Assembly: GCF_006345805.1 (NCBI RefSeq) | Contig: NC_043013.1 | Location: 12,772,001 to 12,836,000 of the forward strand | Length of the DNA: 64,000 nt | Source of the DNA: Octopus sinensis | Lineage: Eukaryota | Direction of reading: 5' to 3' | In this document: positions 39,440 through 52,105 of the stretch, one piece after another | Numbering within the stretch: position 1 is the first letter of the stretch | Layout of the letters: the number at the start of each line of letters is the position of its first letter | Position numbers and translations under genes: made by a program | Notes under the pieces: model-generated | What the model saw: the letters and a program-made list of their open reading frames with translations, nothing else | Databases searched by the model: none | Told to the model about the DNA's origin: nothing

Positions 39440-40325
39440 GCACACACACACACACACACAAATACACATACATATGTATATATATCTTCTACACTCAATA
39501 AAACGTTGAAATAAAATGATTAAATAGATAGCTTTAAAAACATCTGAAACACGTAAATATGCCTGTTAGCTTATATACATTAATGCATCACACTAACATA
39601 TTGAGATATATCCGGCTTTATGTTTCCTCTGTTACAATTGTTATTGTATGTACTTGATGTGACAGTAAGTCCATTCTCAAATGCTATTCATAATACATGT
39701 TAGCGGTAGCGGTTGAAGTAATATAAGAGGTGTTAGTAATAGCAGTAGTGGTGGTGGTGGCGGCGATACTCCTTGTTGTTTAGCTCCAGGTTAAACTTAA
39801 ATCAAGTAGATCTATGATCAAAAACATTCCAGCTATAATCATCTTTCCCCTTTTTAGGGTCATATCTAACACTATATTATCTACCTGTAATATGTACTTC
39901 TTTTTTTTGTTATAGATTGGGTATGATTTGGAAGAAATTTAGCTGCTATTTCTAGAGTCTCTCTTTTTAGCATGAGTTGTCACTGTAGTTATCATTGTTG
40001 TTAGCTCAGATCAAACCTATTTGAATAGAGCCGTGAGCAGAGGCAGTTCAGCCATGACCAGCCCATTCTTTATAGACATAGGAATGTTCTTTTACTTTTA
40101 TCAGTCATAGAACTGTGATCATGCTGGGGTCTCTGCCTCAAAGAGTTTAGGTATTTGAATTGACATCAGTGATTATTTCAAAGTCAGATTCTTTTCCTGT
40201 TGGTTTCTTTTGCCAAAGTGCTATTTCATGGAGACAAAGACAATCCAATACTCATTGTCAAGCAGTGATAAACACACACACACACACATTATTCACCCAC
40301 AGCAATGAGTGAATGATATTCTTAA

Positions 40326-40502
40326 CCATTTAGCATTTAAACTGGCTGTATCTGGTTGAAATATCCTACCTGTTTCATGTTAAAACTGGCAAGGTATGGC
40401 CTCTCACACCTGCTCTACAATGTCATTATAAAAATATACAATTGCATCAAAATCTCCAAAACAATATTAATAAAAAAAGCATAACATTTAATGCTAAAGA
40501 GC
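40326..40502. mobile_element. Possible piggyBac-type MITE remnant
   Basis: ttaa + ccatttagcatt ... aatgctaaaga(g) degenerate terminal inverted repeats; right TTAA not intact. Confidence 0.35.
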
Positions 40503-40651
40503 TGAAAGATAATTTAGTATAATTAAACTTCCCTAAAATTTCCAAATGAAGGGAGTCTAATACTAAAAAACAATCTTTAAACATTTTGCATGGAAAAAAA
40601 ACTTATGAGGTAAATATATTGATGACTTGGAGAGAGAATAAGGGTGAAATT

Positions 40652-40827
40652 CGTATTTAAGCATATCTCATTTATTTCAGAAAAAGCAATTAGTATAATT
40701 TAATTTTAATGAAGAGGAATCTAATACTTTATGAAAGTATACGTATTTAAGCATATCTCATTTATTTCAGAAGAAGCAATTAGTATAATTTAATTTTAAT
40801 GAAGAGGAATCTAATTCTTTATGAAAG
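40652..40827 (+). repeat. Two-copy tandem duplication, period 90 bp
   Basis: cgtatttaagcatatctc...atgaaag at 40652 and 40742, two substitutions; lies just upstream of the RTE. Confidence 0.95.
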
Positions 40828-41467
40828 CAGTAGTTGCTGCTACAGCTATTACTACTGCTATTACTTGTCAGGTCTCCGCTTGGAGCTACTGGTAACATGT
40901 AACCCAGTACAACCTGTTACATGGTCGGGTCGTTGGCGACTAAACTGGCAACCCCACCAAGATTTCTTGGTGAGGAGGGTGATTTGGACACCCAGCAGGA
41001 CTAAAAACAAAACCTGTCAAAGGGCAGAGGAACTCTCTCATGAGTCAATGGCCATCCAAAATCGGGAGTGGAGCCCCTAAGGCGGTTGGAGTGCGCCATG
41101 CGTGCCACCTTCCGGCATCTCCTGCATCTTGGTCTACCCCCAGTCGTCTTGACTTTGTCTTGCCACTGGATCCGGCGCACCAGGACGAGAGAGTGAGGCT
41201 GATCCTGCGCAAGTCACCCTCACTATAATCCAAGTTACGCACATGTCACGACATCATGACGTCATGACACCATCCCAAAGTCCTGTGGCGATGGGGAAAC
41301 GGCGAAGTAGCAGGTGAGGATACACTGGGAGCTGCAGTCGTGAACCCACACACAGGCGGCTCAGGACATGTGGTCGCCCCTCACTGAACTGAGGCAGCAG
41401 TGGAGTCCGGCAGCCTCCTGAGTGACCGAGCAGTCCTCTTCAGGATCGCTCTGCTCGCCTCCCCAGC

Positions 41468-44400
41468 ATGAGGACGGGGCTAGAAAAGGTTGCCCTAAAC
41501 ATAGCCTGCCTCACCTCACCCTGGTCAGCAAACCGCGGCTGGCGGGGATCCTTTCCAAGCGGTCGAAAGAAAGAAAGAAGAAAACAAACAAAGGTGCTCA
41601 CTTTCGCAACTTGGAACGTAAGAACTCTGCTTGATAACACCAAAACGGACAGACCAGAGAGACGAACTGCCCTGGTGGCCAGAGAACTGAGCCGATACAG
41701 TATCGATATTGTAGCACTGAGCGAGACCCGCCTTGCGGACAAAGGCCAGCTGACAGAGACAGGCGGCGGCTACACTTTCTTTTGGAGTGGTCGCAGCAGC
41801 GAAGAGCGTCGTGAGGCTGGTGTTGGCTTTGCCATTAAGTCAGTACGTGCGGAAACTGGAAAGCCCCCCCCCCCCGAGGGTATCAATGATCGGCTGATGA
41901 AGATGCAGCTCCCACTTGGAAACAAGACTAGTGCGACCATCATCAGTGCTTACGCCCCCACCATGACCAACCCTGAAGAAGTTAAGGACAGGTTCTATGA
42001 GGAACTCGACTCCCTCATCACGTCAGCCCAGCCTGGGAAGCTCATCCTCCTTGGGGATTTTAACGCCCGTGTCAGGACTGACCACCAAGCCTGGCATTGC
42101 GAACTGGGAAAGCAAGGAATCGGAAAGTGCAACAGCAACGGACAGCTCCTCCTGCGTGCGTGTGCCTCTCATGATCTTACCATCGCCAACACCTTGTTCC
42201 GTCTGCCAACACGCAACAAGACATCATGGATGCATCCACGCTCCAAACACTGGCATCTGATAGATTACGTCATCGTCAGGGCGAAAGACAGGCGGGACGT
42301 GAGACTGGCCAAAACCATGTGCGGAGCTGACTGCTGGACGGACCATCGCCTCATCATCTCCAGGATGGATTTCTACATCCGACCTAAGAGAAGACCACAG
42401 GGTCAGAAAGTGACGAGGAAGCTTAACATCACGAAATTAAAGAACCAGCTGACTGCACAAGATCTCCAGTCACGTATGGACAGCAAGCTGTTGGACATTC
42501 GGAGTGACCAGTCCAGCATCGATGAGCAGTGGGAATCATTCAAGGACACGGTTCATTCCATCGCCCTTGAAACTCTGGGCCAAGTTACGAGGAACCACCA
42601 GGACTGGTTCGACGAAAACGACCAGGAAATCCAAAAGCTCCTGGAAGAGAAACGCCGTCTGCTGCGGGCTCACCAAAATGACACCACCTGCACGGCAAAG
42701 AAGGCCGCTTTCAACAACATTCGCAGCACAGTCCAGGCTAAACTCCGCCTCATGCAAGACGCATGGTTAAGCGCCAAGGCGGATGAGATTCAGGGATACG
42801 CAGACAAACACGACACCAAGAAATTCTACGAGGCGCTGAAAGCTGTCTATGGACCGCAGTTCTCCTTTGGATCAACCCCCCTGCTCAGCTCGGATGGAAC
42901 TTCACTCCTGACTAACAAGAGGCTGATCCTGGAGAGATGGGCGGAGCATTTCAACATCGTGCTCAACCGACCAGCCCAGATCAACGAGGAAGCCATCGTT
43001 CAGGGATACCAGACAAACACGACACCAAGAAATTCTACGAGGCGCTGAAAGCTGTCTATGGACCGCAGTTCTCCTTTGGATCAACCCCCCTGCTCAGCTC
43101 GGATGGAACTCACTCCTGACTAACAAGAGGCTGATCCTGGAGAGATGGGCGAGCATTTCAACATCGTGCTCAACCGACCAGCCCAGATCAACGAGGAAGC
43201 CATCGCACGACTCCCCCAGGTGCCGACAAACCACGAGTTGGCTGTTCCCCCTGCAGTCGAGGAAGTGAGCAGAGCCATCAAAAAAATGTCCACCGGCAAA
43301 GCTCCAGGCTCTGACGCCATCACTGCAGAGGTGTTCAAGTCGGGCGGCCCCACCATGATCAGTCAGCTCACCAGCCTGTTCCAGTTGATGTGGGACAGGG
43401 AACAACTCCCTCAAGATTTCCGGGACGCAACAATCGTCCACATTTATAAGCGGAAAGGAGATCGGCAGTCCTGTGACAACCACCGAGGTATTTCCCTTTT
43501 GTCCATAGCAGGCAAGATCCTGGCCCGGGTCCTGCTTGACCATCTGGAACACTTGGAGCAAGGCCTTCTCCCTGAGAGCCAGTGTGGCTTCCGCGCGGGT
43601 CGAGGGACCACTGACATGATATTCGCCGCCCGCCAGCTCCAGGAGAAATGCATGGAGCAGCACCTTGACCTCTGCATGACCTTTGTTGACCTCACCAAGG
43701 CCTTTGATACAGTCAGTCGGGAGGGACTATGGAAGGTCATGGGGAAAATTTGGTTGCCCCAGCAAATTTATTGCAATTGTCCGCCAGCTCCACGACGGAA
43801 TGACAGCCAGAGTCCTTGAAGACGGCAACTCATCTGAAGCCTTCCAGGTGACCAACGGAGTCAGGCAGGGCTGTGTCCTGGCCCCAACACTGTTCAGCAT
43901 CATGTTCTCGGCAATGCTGTCCGACGCCTTTAGGGACTGCAAGTCCGGTATCGACATCAAGTACAGGACAGACGGGAAACTTTTCAACTCCAGAAGATTG
44001 CAGGCTGTCACAAAGGTGAGGGAGACAGTCGTCAGAGACTTTCTCTTTGCTGACGACTGCGCCCTTAATGCAATCGATGAGCAGGAGATGCAGCTCGAGA
44101 TGGACAGGTTCTCATCAGCCTGTGACAACTTCGGTCTCACCATCAGTGCCAAGAAAACCGAAGTGATGTTTCAGCCAGCCCCCGGCAAACAATACCATAA
44201 GCCTCAGATAAGGGTGAACGGACGGATCCTACGAGTGGTGGAAAACTTCACCTACCTGGGCAGCACTCTCTCCTGCAATGCCAACATAGATGCTGAAACC
44301 ATCAACAGAATCTCCAAGGCAAGCAGCGCGTTTGGGAGACTGCGAAAGAAAGTCTGGGAGCGGAGAGGAATCAGCCTCAACACCAAGCTGAAAGTCTACC

Positions 44401-45005
44401 GGGCAGTCGTGCTTACCACCCTACTATACGGCTGCGAGACGTGGACTGCTTACCGAAGGCACGAGCGCCAGATAAACCACTTCCATCTCAGGTGTCTTCG
44501 GAACCTCCTTCACATCCGCTGGCAGGACAAAGTCCCAGACACGGAAGTTCTGAAGCAGGCAGATCTCCCTAGCACCATCACAATCATGCGCAAGGCCCAG
44601 CTGAGATGGGCGGGCGACGTCTCCCGTATGTCCGACACTCGCATCCCAAAACAGCTCTTCTACGGTGAACTCGGCCAGGGCAGGCGCAAAGTCGGAGGGC
44701 AGAAGAAGCGCTACAAGGATAGTCTCAAGGTCTCTCTCAAAGACTTCTCCATCGGAACAGAGACCTGGGAGACACTTGCTGCCAACCGCTCATCCTGGCG
44801 CAGCGCAATCACCGTGGGAGCAGGGACAGCCGAGGAGGGATGGATTCGGTCAGCGGAGCAGAAACGTCAGATGCGTAAAGCCAGAGCCGCCTGCACCAGT
44901 AGCACGGCCCCTACCCACTTCTGCCCCACCTGTGGGAGGGGCTTCCTTGCCCGGATTGGGCTCACCAGCCACCTCCCGTCTCATGGCGCCAGTTCCATCA
45001 GATGA
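41468..45005 (+). pseudogene. RTE APE-RT ORF broken by a 207-bp duplication and one extra A
   Basis: ORF pieces 41468-43048, 43145-43819 and 43683-45005 are colinear parts of one protein. Confidence 0.9.
42789..43205 (+). repeat. Internal tandem duplication in the RTE (210 + 207 bp)
   Basis: 42789-42998 repeated at 42999-43205; the second copy has three 1-nt deletions. Confidence 0.95.
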
Positions 45006-45697
45006 TGTCAGTTGGTCATCTTCGAACCGAAGGACGAACATTATTATTACTACTGCTGCTATCAGAATTTACTGCTGCTACTACTACTGCTACAATTAGA
45101 AACATACAAGTTGACGATGACACCGAGATGTTTTTCCCCGTGTCTGAATTATACCGGTGGCAGCAATGAAAAATCCCTTTCTTTTTCTTTGTTGGGAGAA
45201 AAGAGAATTTAGAGTAAAAACAAACCCTCAGCCCTCCCTCCAGCGTATAAATTACTTTAAAAAGTAATATTTTAAAAGGGAAAAACGTGAGGAAAAAAAA
45301 ACAAAAAAATTAATTAACGATAGACAAAAACATGTGCATTCTCGCACATAAACACATTATTCACACATATACAAACATACGCAGACGTAAATATTGAAGT
45401 ACTAAATGGCACGTCAAATGATATTTAACCGTGTGGAACATGTTACATGCATATCAATATTCTAAAGTTGGACCTACTATTCCTTATCCTAAAGCTGCTT
45501 CAGACAACTAGGAAGAGTTCCTGCCTCATTTCACCGTCTGCTTTCAATCTTGAATTGTGATTCGGTTCAGCCCAAACTCTCTCAGATTTTGTCTGCTGTT
45601 GCCTACTCCTACAAGGATTGCAGCTGATTTTGTTCCTGCTTTAAACTCAGATTTATCCTAGAGCCCATAGAAGATTGTTTTTGGCCAACCATCTATC

Positions 45698-46877
45698 ATG
45701 TCAGCTACCTACAGATCGAAACTGAGATCTGCGAGAAGGGCTTCTCATCAGGATGATGGTCCTACCAACGGTCATCTCAACGAGCAGTTGCTGTTGCTCA
45801 AACAAGAGGTCGAGCACCTAAAGTCTGCTGTTGCTCATTTACTGAATAAACAGTATCCTATTGACGCAGAGCCAACCTTGATTTCTTCCCTGGAGACGTC
45901 CAAACCGAAGGGAACAAAATCGAAGCGGCCAAAGAAGGCGAAGGAACCGGCGGTCATTTCCGCACATGATCGTTCCTGTGCAGATTCTTCCTCATCTGCC
46001 TTTTCGGTCCCGGGGGTTCCCCAACCTAATTTGAGGAGCGTAGACTCAAACCCACCTGAAGACCGTTGTTCTCCCAAAAAGAAGAAACGTAGTCAAAACT
46101 CCAGTGGGGCAGATTTAGCTACGAAACCTGCTCACAATAAAATCTGTTTGGATTCTCCCTCACTTGTCCTTCCCATTAATGCCATTGCTCAACCAATTCT
46201 GAACGATCTTGATGTGAGTTCATCTGGGGAGTGGTGCTCCCCCAAACCGAAGAAGAGGCAGTGCAGTTCCAAACCAGGCGGGAAAGTTATGACCACTAAA
46301 CCCATTCCGATCGATCCCAAAGGCCGACATTAGTCTGATGGCTATGAAACCACCCTTTCGAAATCATCCAACAAAGAATCGAATGCCGCAGCTCATAGTA
46401 GAGAACAGAAAGACCATTTTGCCCACTCAAGATCAGCAATCATTTATGGTAAAGCTGAATCCACCTGTGATACAGGCATAAACCGCCTTAAAGAAGACAT
46501 AAAATTTTGTTTCCGTTTTAGTTGGAGAATTGTTCTCTGTCAACGAAAATGTCAGTATCCATAAGGTCGCTCGGCTAGGACGATTCCAAGCGAACTCAAC
46601 CTCAGACACTAGACCACGCCCAATAAGAGTAATCTTTTCTTCCGATCAGGAGGCTTCAGCCTTTCTGAATAGAGCTCAGATGCATGCCTGGGAGGACCCC
46701 AATATGGGTTTTCGCGAGGAATACTCACTGAGAGAGAGAATTCGCCGGAGAAACCTAATATCCGAACTGAAGATGAGAAAACAGATAGGAGAGAAGGGTT
46801 TACGCATCCAAGATGGACAAATAATCAAGTCCTACCTCTCGTCGCATGCTGTAGTGCTGACAGGGAAAGTGAATTGA
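45698..46877 (+). pseudogene. CR1 ORF1, disrupted
   Basis: ORF pieces 45698-46333 (coiled-coil/basic) and 46530-46877 (RRM-like C-terminus). Confidence 0.7.
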
Positions 46878-46959
46878 GGGCGAATTGAAGTAAAGTAGAT
46901 ACCCCCGTCAACGATGCTATCTCTGATACCCCTTATTCTGCTTGTTCCCCAATTCCCGC

Positions 46960-49787
46960 CCCTCAAACTTCACAGCTCAACATCGTCTATACCAACTCGT
47001 GCTCCTTATTTCCAAAGTTCAGCGAACTATTTACACTGGTCATGCGTGATTCCCCTGATGTGATAGCTATCACCGAGACTTGGCTGACTCCAGCAGTAAA
47101 GGACTCAGAAATCCACTTACAGGGCTACGCCCTCTTCAGATGTGACAGAAAAAAGGCGAGGTGGAGGTGTTGCTGTGTATGTTAAATCTGATCTCAAACC
47201 GTCCAGCGGTATTCTACCCACTAATGCTCAACCTACAACAAAATTCGATGCCGTCTATTGCAAGCTGAACCTATCCGGGTTTTGCCTGCCCGTGTTAGCT
47301 GTCTACAGGCCGCCTCTTGCCGACCCCCAGGACGATGCTCATTTACTCGAAGCGATAAGATTCGTTTCAGCTTCTCATGACTGTTTGATATTAGGAGACA
47401 TCAACGCTCCCACGATCGATTGGCCCGCATCAATTTGTACATCATCTTCCCGGTTCGGCCAGGCCCTTCTTGACGTGGCTGAAGATTGTTTTCTATCGCA
47501 ACATGTTGAATATCCGACAAGGCATCGGTCTGGGCAGCAGCCATCTATGCTGGATCTGGTATTCTCCAGCTATCCAAGATCAGTGTCAGACGTATCTGTG
47601 TGCGCCCCTCTTGCCAAGAGTGATCATGCGGTCCTGAAGTTCGTCATGCACACAACTCTTTCTACGCCCACGACTACTTCGCTGCCACGTAGTGTCTTCT
47701 CTGCAATTAATCTTGAAATTCTAACCGAGGCTTCCGCGCTTCTGGACTGGCGATCCCTGATGACGTTGTCCTCAGTTGACGAACTATGGTCATCCCTCAA
47801 AGCATATGCAATCCGGTTGACTGACCAGGCAGTTCCCGTTGGGCTTCCCAAGAAAAAGAAGCACAAGCCCTGGGTGACGAAGAAGGTTAAACGAGAACTT
47901 CGACTCTGAGATATTGCTTGGGCGGAATTCAAAAATCTGATTCGACTGCAGCTTTTGAGGTGTACAAAACGCAACGAGACCGAGCCGTGAAAATTGAAAA
48001 GGAAGAACGCTTCAGATATGAATACAAAATCGCGGCAAACGCCAGTAGCAATCCAAAAACCTTCTTTGCCCACGTCCAACAGAATTCCCGCTTGAACAAC
48101 CAAATTGCAACGTTGGTAGACTCAACAGGCGTATCGATTGAGGACCCTTATCAACAGAGTCAATTATTTGCCGAGGCTTTTTCAACTATTTTCAAACAAG
48201 ATGATGGTCGTGAACCCCCTCCATTTGATAGATCGGTACCTCCAATGCTTCGATTGGTCATCACGCGGGACGAAGTCGAACGCGTTATTCAAGGCCTCGA
48301 TGTCAACAAGGGTCACGGCCCTGACGGCATACACCCACGGGTTATCAAAGCGTTGGCTCCGGTCATCTGCGAGCCCTTAACACGTCTATTCAATATGTCA
48401 TTGGCGATGGGTGTTATACCTGCGGACTGGAGAACAGCGATAATCTGCCCAATTTTCAAGAAAGGGAGCCGCGAAGACCCGCTTAACTACCGACCGGTTT
48501 CCCTTATCAATAATCAGCAAGATGTTCGAAACCATCCTTAAGAAAAGTATGATATTCCACCTCCAAAACACACCCTCTATCTCTGATTTCCAACACTGCT
48601 TCGTGCCGAAGAGATCATGCTTGAACAACTTACTGGTAATGGAAGAATTGGTGACGCGCATCCTCGATGATAGTGATGCTGTTGACATCGTTTTATTGGA
48701 CTTTCCCAAAGCTTTTGACTCGGTAAACCACCGCCTATTACTTGTCAAGCTTCAAGCATATAGTTTCCATCCGGATATTGTACGATGGGTTGGTGCCTTC
48801 CTCTCAGATCGCTCTTTCCAAGTCCAAGTTAATGGTTCGCGGTCCGACGTCTCCAGTGCAAGCTTTGGCGTGCCTCAAGGTTCAGTGCTTGGGCCCTTAT
48901 TGTTCTTAGTCTTCATAAATGACTTGCCCGACGACCTCACGCAACACACCCTTCTATTTGCCGACGATGTCAAACTGGTCGCTCCTCGCGGTGATATAGA
49001 GGATCTTCGTCGATGCCTCCACCAAATTTGGAAATGGTCTAACGAATGGGACCTGTGTCTGAACGTATCAAAGTGCTGTCATCTGCCTGTTGGCTCTCCT
49101 CCTGCAACTTAACTTGATTTCGAGCCGTGTCGTCTGCTGCTGGAGAGGACCGACCAGGTAAAGGACCTGGGTATATTGGTGGATTCCTCCTTTTCGCCTT
49201 CGGCCCAGTGCGTCCATGCTGCCAACAAAGCACGCGGAATTCTATTCTTGATTCGACGGTCATTCGGAATGCTCACAGCAGCCATATTCCTACCGCTCTA
49301 TGTCACGCTGGTGAGACCCATATTGGAGTACGGGATTCAAGCCTCTTCTCCTTATCTCCTCAAAGACATACAGCATCTCGAAAGAGTCCAGAAGCTGGCT
49401 ACCCGCATGGTTCTTGGTCTCAAAAATTTGTCTTATGAAGAAAGGCTGAAGACGCTCGACCTTTATTCTCTAGAAAAACGACGACGCCGTGGAGATCTCA
49501 TTCTTGCTCACAACATCATAAGCGGAAAGTGTAACCTCTCGAAAGAGCTGTTCTTCACTCCTGCTCCAGAGCGTCGGCTGCAGGGTCATTCCGAAAAGCT
49601 CTATCAGCGACGATTTCATCTCAATCGAAGGAGAGGGGCATTCTCCGTCCGGGTTGCGGATCCGTGGAATAAGCTGCCAGAAAAGATGGATCCGTGGAAT
49701 AAGCTGCCAGAAAAGATGGTGAAGATGCCGACGACCGCTCGGTTCAAAGTCTCCCTTGACCTCAAGTGGCCTGAACTCTTTACATGA
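46960..49787 (+). pseudogene. CR1 ORF2 (APE-RT), disrupted
   Basis: Extra A in the A6 run at 47149-47154, TGA at 47907-47909, small indels near 47930 and 48505, in-frame TAA at 49110-49112; 30-bp in-frame duplication (DPWNKLPEKM x2) at 49658-49717. Confidence 0.9.
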
Positions 49788-50094
49788 ACACCACCTTGTA
49801 CATAACTCCATGTCCCCTACATGGCCTTGCTTTTTGCTTTTTGAGCCAAAAAATTAACTAACTAACTAATACAGAATATCATTTCAAAATTGGTACAGTC
49901 AGTAAAAAAGAAGTAAAGAAGTAAAAAGTGTTCAGACTTGAGGGTGAACTATAGCTATGCTTTTTTCTATCTATTTATAGACAAGTAGACAATGAATGAT
50001 ATTTTTAATGTTAATATACATTTTCACAATCCCTTCTATGAACTCTACCTAACTTAGTTTTCTACCAAATTATATGTAGTTAAGTTCATTATAT

Positions 50095-50181
<87 letters not shown>

Positions 50182-50464
50182 CAGATGTATACAAAACAAT
50201 TCAGAAGGATCTGAGTAAAGTAGTTTTGGGTTCATCATCATCATCATTTAACATCCATGTTCCATGCTGGCATGAGTTGGTCATGGTAATTAGACAGAAC
50301 ATAAGAAGTAGAAAGGTTACATTCTCAGGTATAATGACTTAACAATAGATAATGCACATTTCTATGTATTAATCATTTCAAGCAGTTATATTTTATATAT
50401 GTACAAGTGAATTAATCATATTAATAACATCTCTCCTTTTTGTGTTACTTCCCATATCTCTTTC

Positions 50465-50830
50465 CCAGTTTTCAGAGTTGGCACTATAAATGTAAGCACA
50501 TTGAAAAGCAGGTGTAGCGGGATTGAAGAGATGCTTGAACAGGCAAAGAACATAGGTATAAACCCTTCTGGAAATGTAATAGTGACTGAATAAGGGATGT
50601 AGGTATACTTCTTGCAGAAACATAGGTGGATAAGGCCGTAGAGGTAGCGAGGGTGTGCGAGAAAATACTTAAACTCAGGCTAGTCTTGCAGAATGGTATA
50701 GCTACAATTATCTCCGCCTACCCCCACAAGCGGGCCTACCAAATGAACAGAATTATCTCTTTTATGATATTCTTCTGCATGCTACCTCAAAGACGAATGA
50801 TAATGATCTCATCTTTGTAGCTGGAGATTT
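50465..50830 (+). mobile_element. RTE-type APE endonuclease remnant
   Basis: RVGTINVSTL...VDKAVEVARVCEKILKLRLVLQNGIATIISAY...LIFVAGDFN. Confidence 0.75.
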
Positions 50831-51300
50831 TAATGTTAACGGTTCCTCATGAAGATAATATGGACGCCGCACGGGCTCGAAAATTTAACCGTTATGTAAA
50901 CCTCCTCGAGGAATGTGAAGACGCAGGCTGGAAAGCGGAACATTTTCCAATCGAAGTCGGATGTAGAGGGTTCGTTAGACACAGTGTGAGACGACTCTTG
51001 TTATCGCTAGGCCTAACTCATCGTAAAGTCAATACCACCATGACTGATATCCAATCTACAGTGGAGAAGGCTAGCCACTGGATTTGGTTAAAAAGAGACG
51101 ATGAGCGATGGCTAGAAGGATATTGAGCTTAATTTGATAACCAGCTGATCTAGCAAGCTGTGAGTGGGGGGGGGCGCATTGATTCCGTCGAGAAGTAGTC
51201 CCCGAAACGGCGTGCATTCTCTCCTGATGACCCCCCCACACTTGCTGGCTTCCGGTATACGGAGCTTTTGACTGGTAGCACTTGCATGTGCAAGTTGTTT
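50831..51300 (+). mobile_element. HERO-like (REL endonuclease) LINE 3' end with 3' UTR
   Basis: LTVPHEDNMDAARARKFNRY..LLEECEDAGWKAEHFPIEVGCRGF...ASHWIWLKR, open to stop at 51126; 3' UTR has cccgaaac...ctgatgac motif. Confidence 0.8.
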
Positions 51301-51419
51301 GCAAGACATGTGTGGGTGATTATCACTGTTTGCATATGTGTATGTATGTATGTATGTATGTATGTATGCATGCATGTATGTATTATGTATGTATGTATGT
51401 ATGTATGTATGTATGTATG

Positions 51420-51800
51420 AAAATTATTTTGAGATTTTGAAAAAGAACGTCTGAATCATATTTTGTTTAAATGTAGAAACAGAATGAATTTCGAAAAAGT
51501 TCAAAAGTGAAGATTTTGTGGTGTAGTTGGATGAAAAGTTAATAAAAACAATATTGTTTTTAAAATATCGGAATAGAGTGTCGAAACTACAGGGAGAAAC
51601 TATAAATTATAGATTTTTAAATGGAATTGATTAACATTCCTAAGAGTTCACAGATAACGAAACAGGTGTTACATCATTTCTGCAAAAGTTCGAAAGCATT
51701 TGATCAGGGATCAGAAAATTAGCCAAAGGTTTGAGGATAAACAAAATAATCATAAAACAGATACATACCATTGTCAACTTCGAGTCAGATTATGTAAGCC
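51420..51800. repeat. Diverged dispersed repeat, paralog of ~56870-57600
   Basis: Shared colinear anchors aaattatttt, aaagaacgt, gaatttcgaaaaa, atatcggaataga, ttatagatttttaaatggaatt, tttctgcaaaa, agggatcaga. Confidence 0.75.
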
Positions 51801-52105
51801 AAACTGTTCAATGCAGCTACTTGTATCATAATGTTGCGTGCGGTCTAAACCTGACACCCACACATTCAATAGTAAAGCGCATTGAAGTATAAAAGAGGTC
51901 ATACTGATTTTAAAGAAAAGACGATAAGCTTACACTGAAAGACAAATCTATTTATCAGGAGGCCGTCACTGCTGCAATTTGCCACTCCTATATAAAGATC
52001 ATACGATGCATTCTAATCGTGACAAAACTTAATAATACACTAAATGACACTTAAAATAGGCGTCCTTCCAGATTTTATGAAACTTTTTAGAAAATTTGTA
52101 TACAT

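Larger units (their letters stand above)
40866..45045 (+). mobile_element. Near full-length RTE/BovB-like LINE
   Basis: ~600-bp 5' UTR; APE (TWNVRTL, ALSETR, SAYAPT, LGDFNA, HLIDYVI, TDHRL); RT (KAPGSDAI, RGISLLS, ESQCGFR, DLTKAFD, QGCVLAP, LFADD); C-terminal CPTC..H motif; 3' end ttcgaaccgaaggacgaaca followed by (tta)/(tac) repeats; visibly GC-rich. Confidence 0.96.
45518..49866 (+). mobile_element. Full-length CR1-clade LINE with ORF1 and ORF2, (taac)n tail
   Basis: ORF1 C-terminus RLGRF...RPRPIRVIF; ORF2 APE (AITETWL, GGGVAVYV, VYRPP, ILGDIN, LDLVF, SDH) and RT (GPDGIHP, NYRPVSL, DFPKAFDSVNH, GVPQGSVLGPLLF, FADDVKL); ends aattaactaactaactaa. Confidence 0.92.

Noticed and set aside
40866-41010. 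Twister- or HDV-like look of the RTE 5' UTR (gctactg...gaggaggg)
   Set aside because: The twister core ggtcccaagccc and a consistent HDV double pseudoknot could not be built by eye; an Infernal scan would be needed.
45698-46333. 211-aa ORF as a host gene
   Set aside because: It lies between the 5' UTR and ORF2 of the CR1 element and is best explained as ORF1.
51195-51240. cccgaaac...ctgatga in the HERO 3' UTR as a type II hammerhead
   Set aside because: Only 16 nt lie between GAAA and CTGATGA, too short for stems III and I; it resembles the usual HERO 3' UTR motif.
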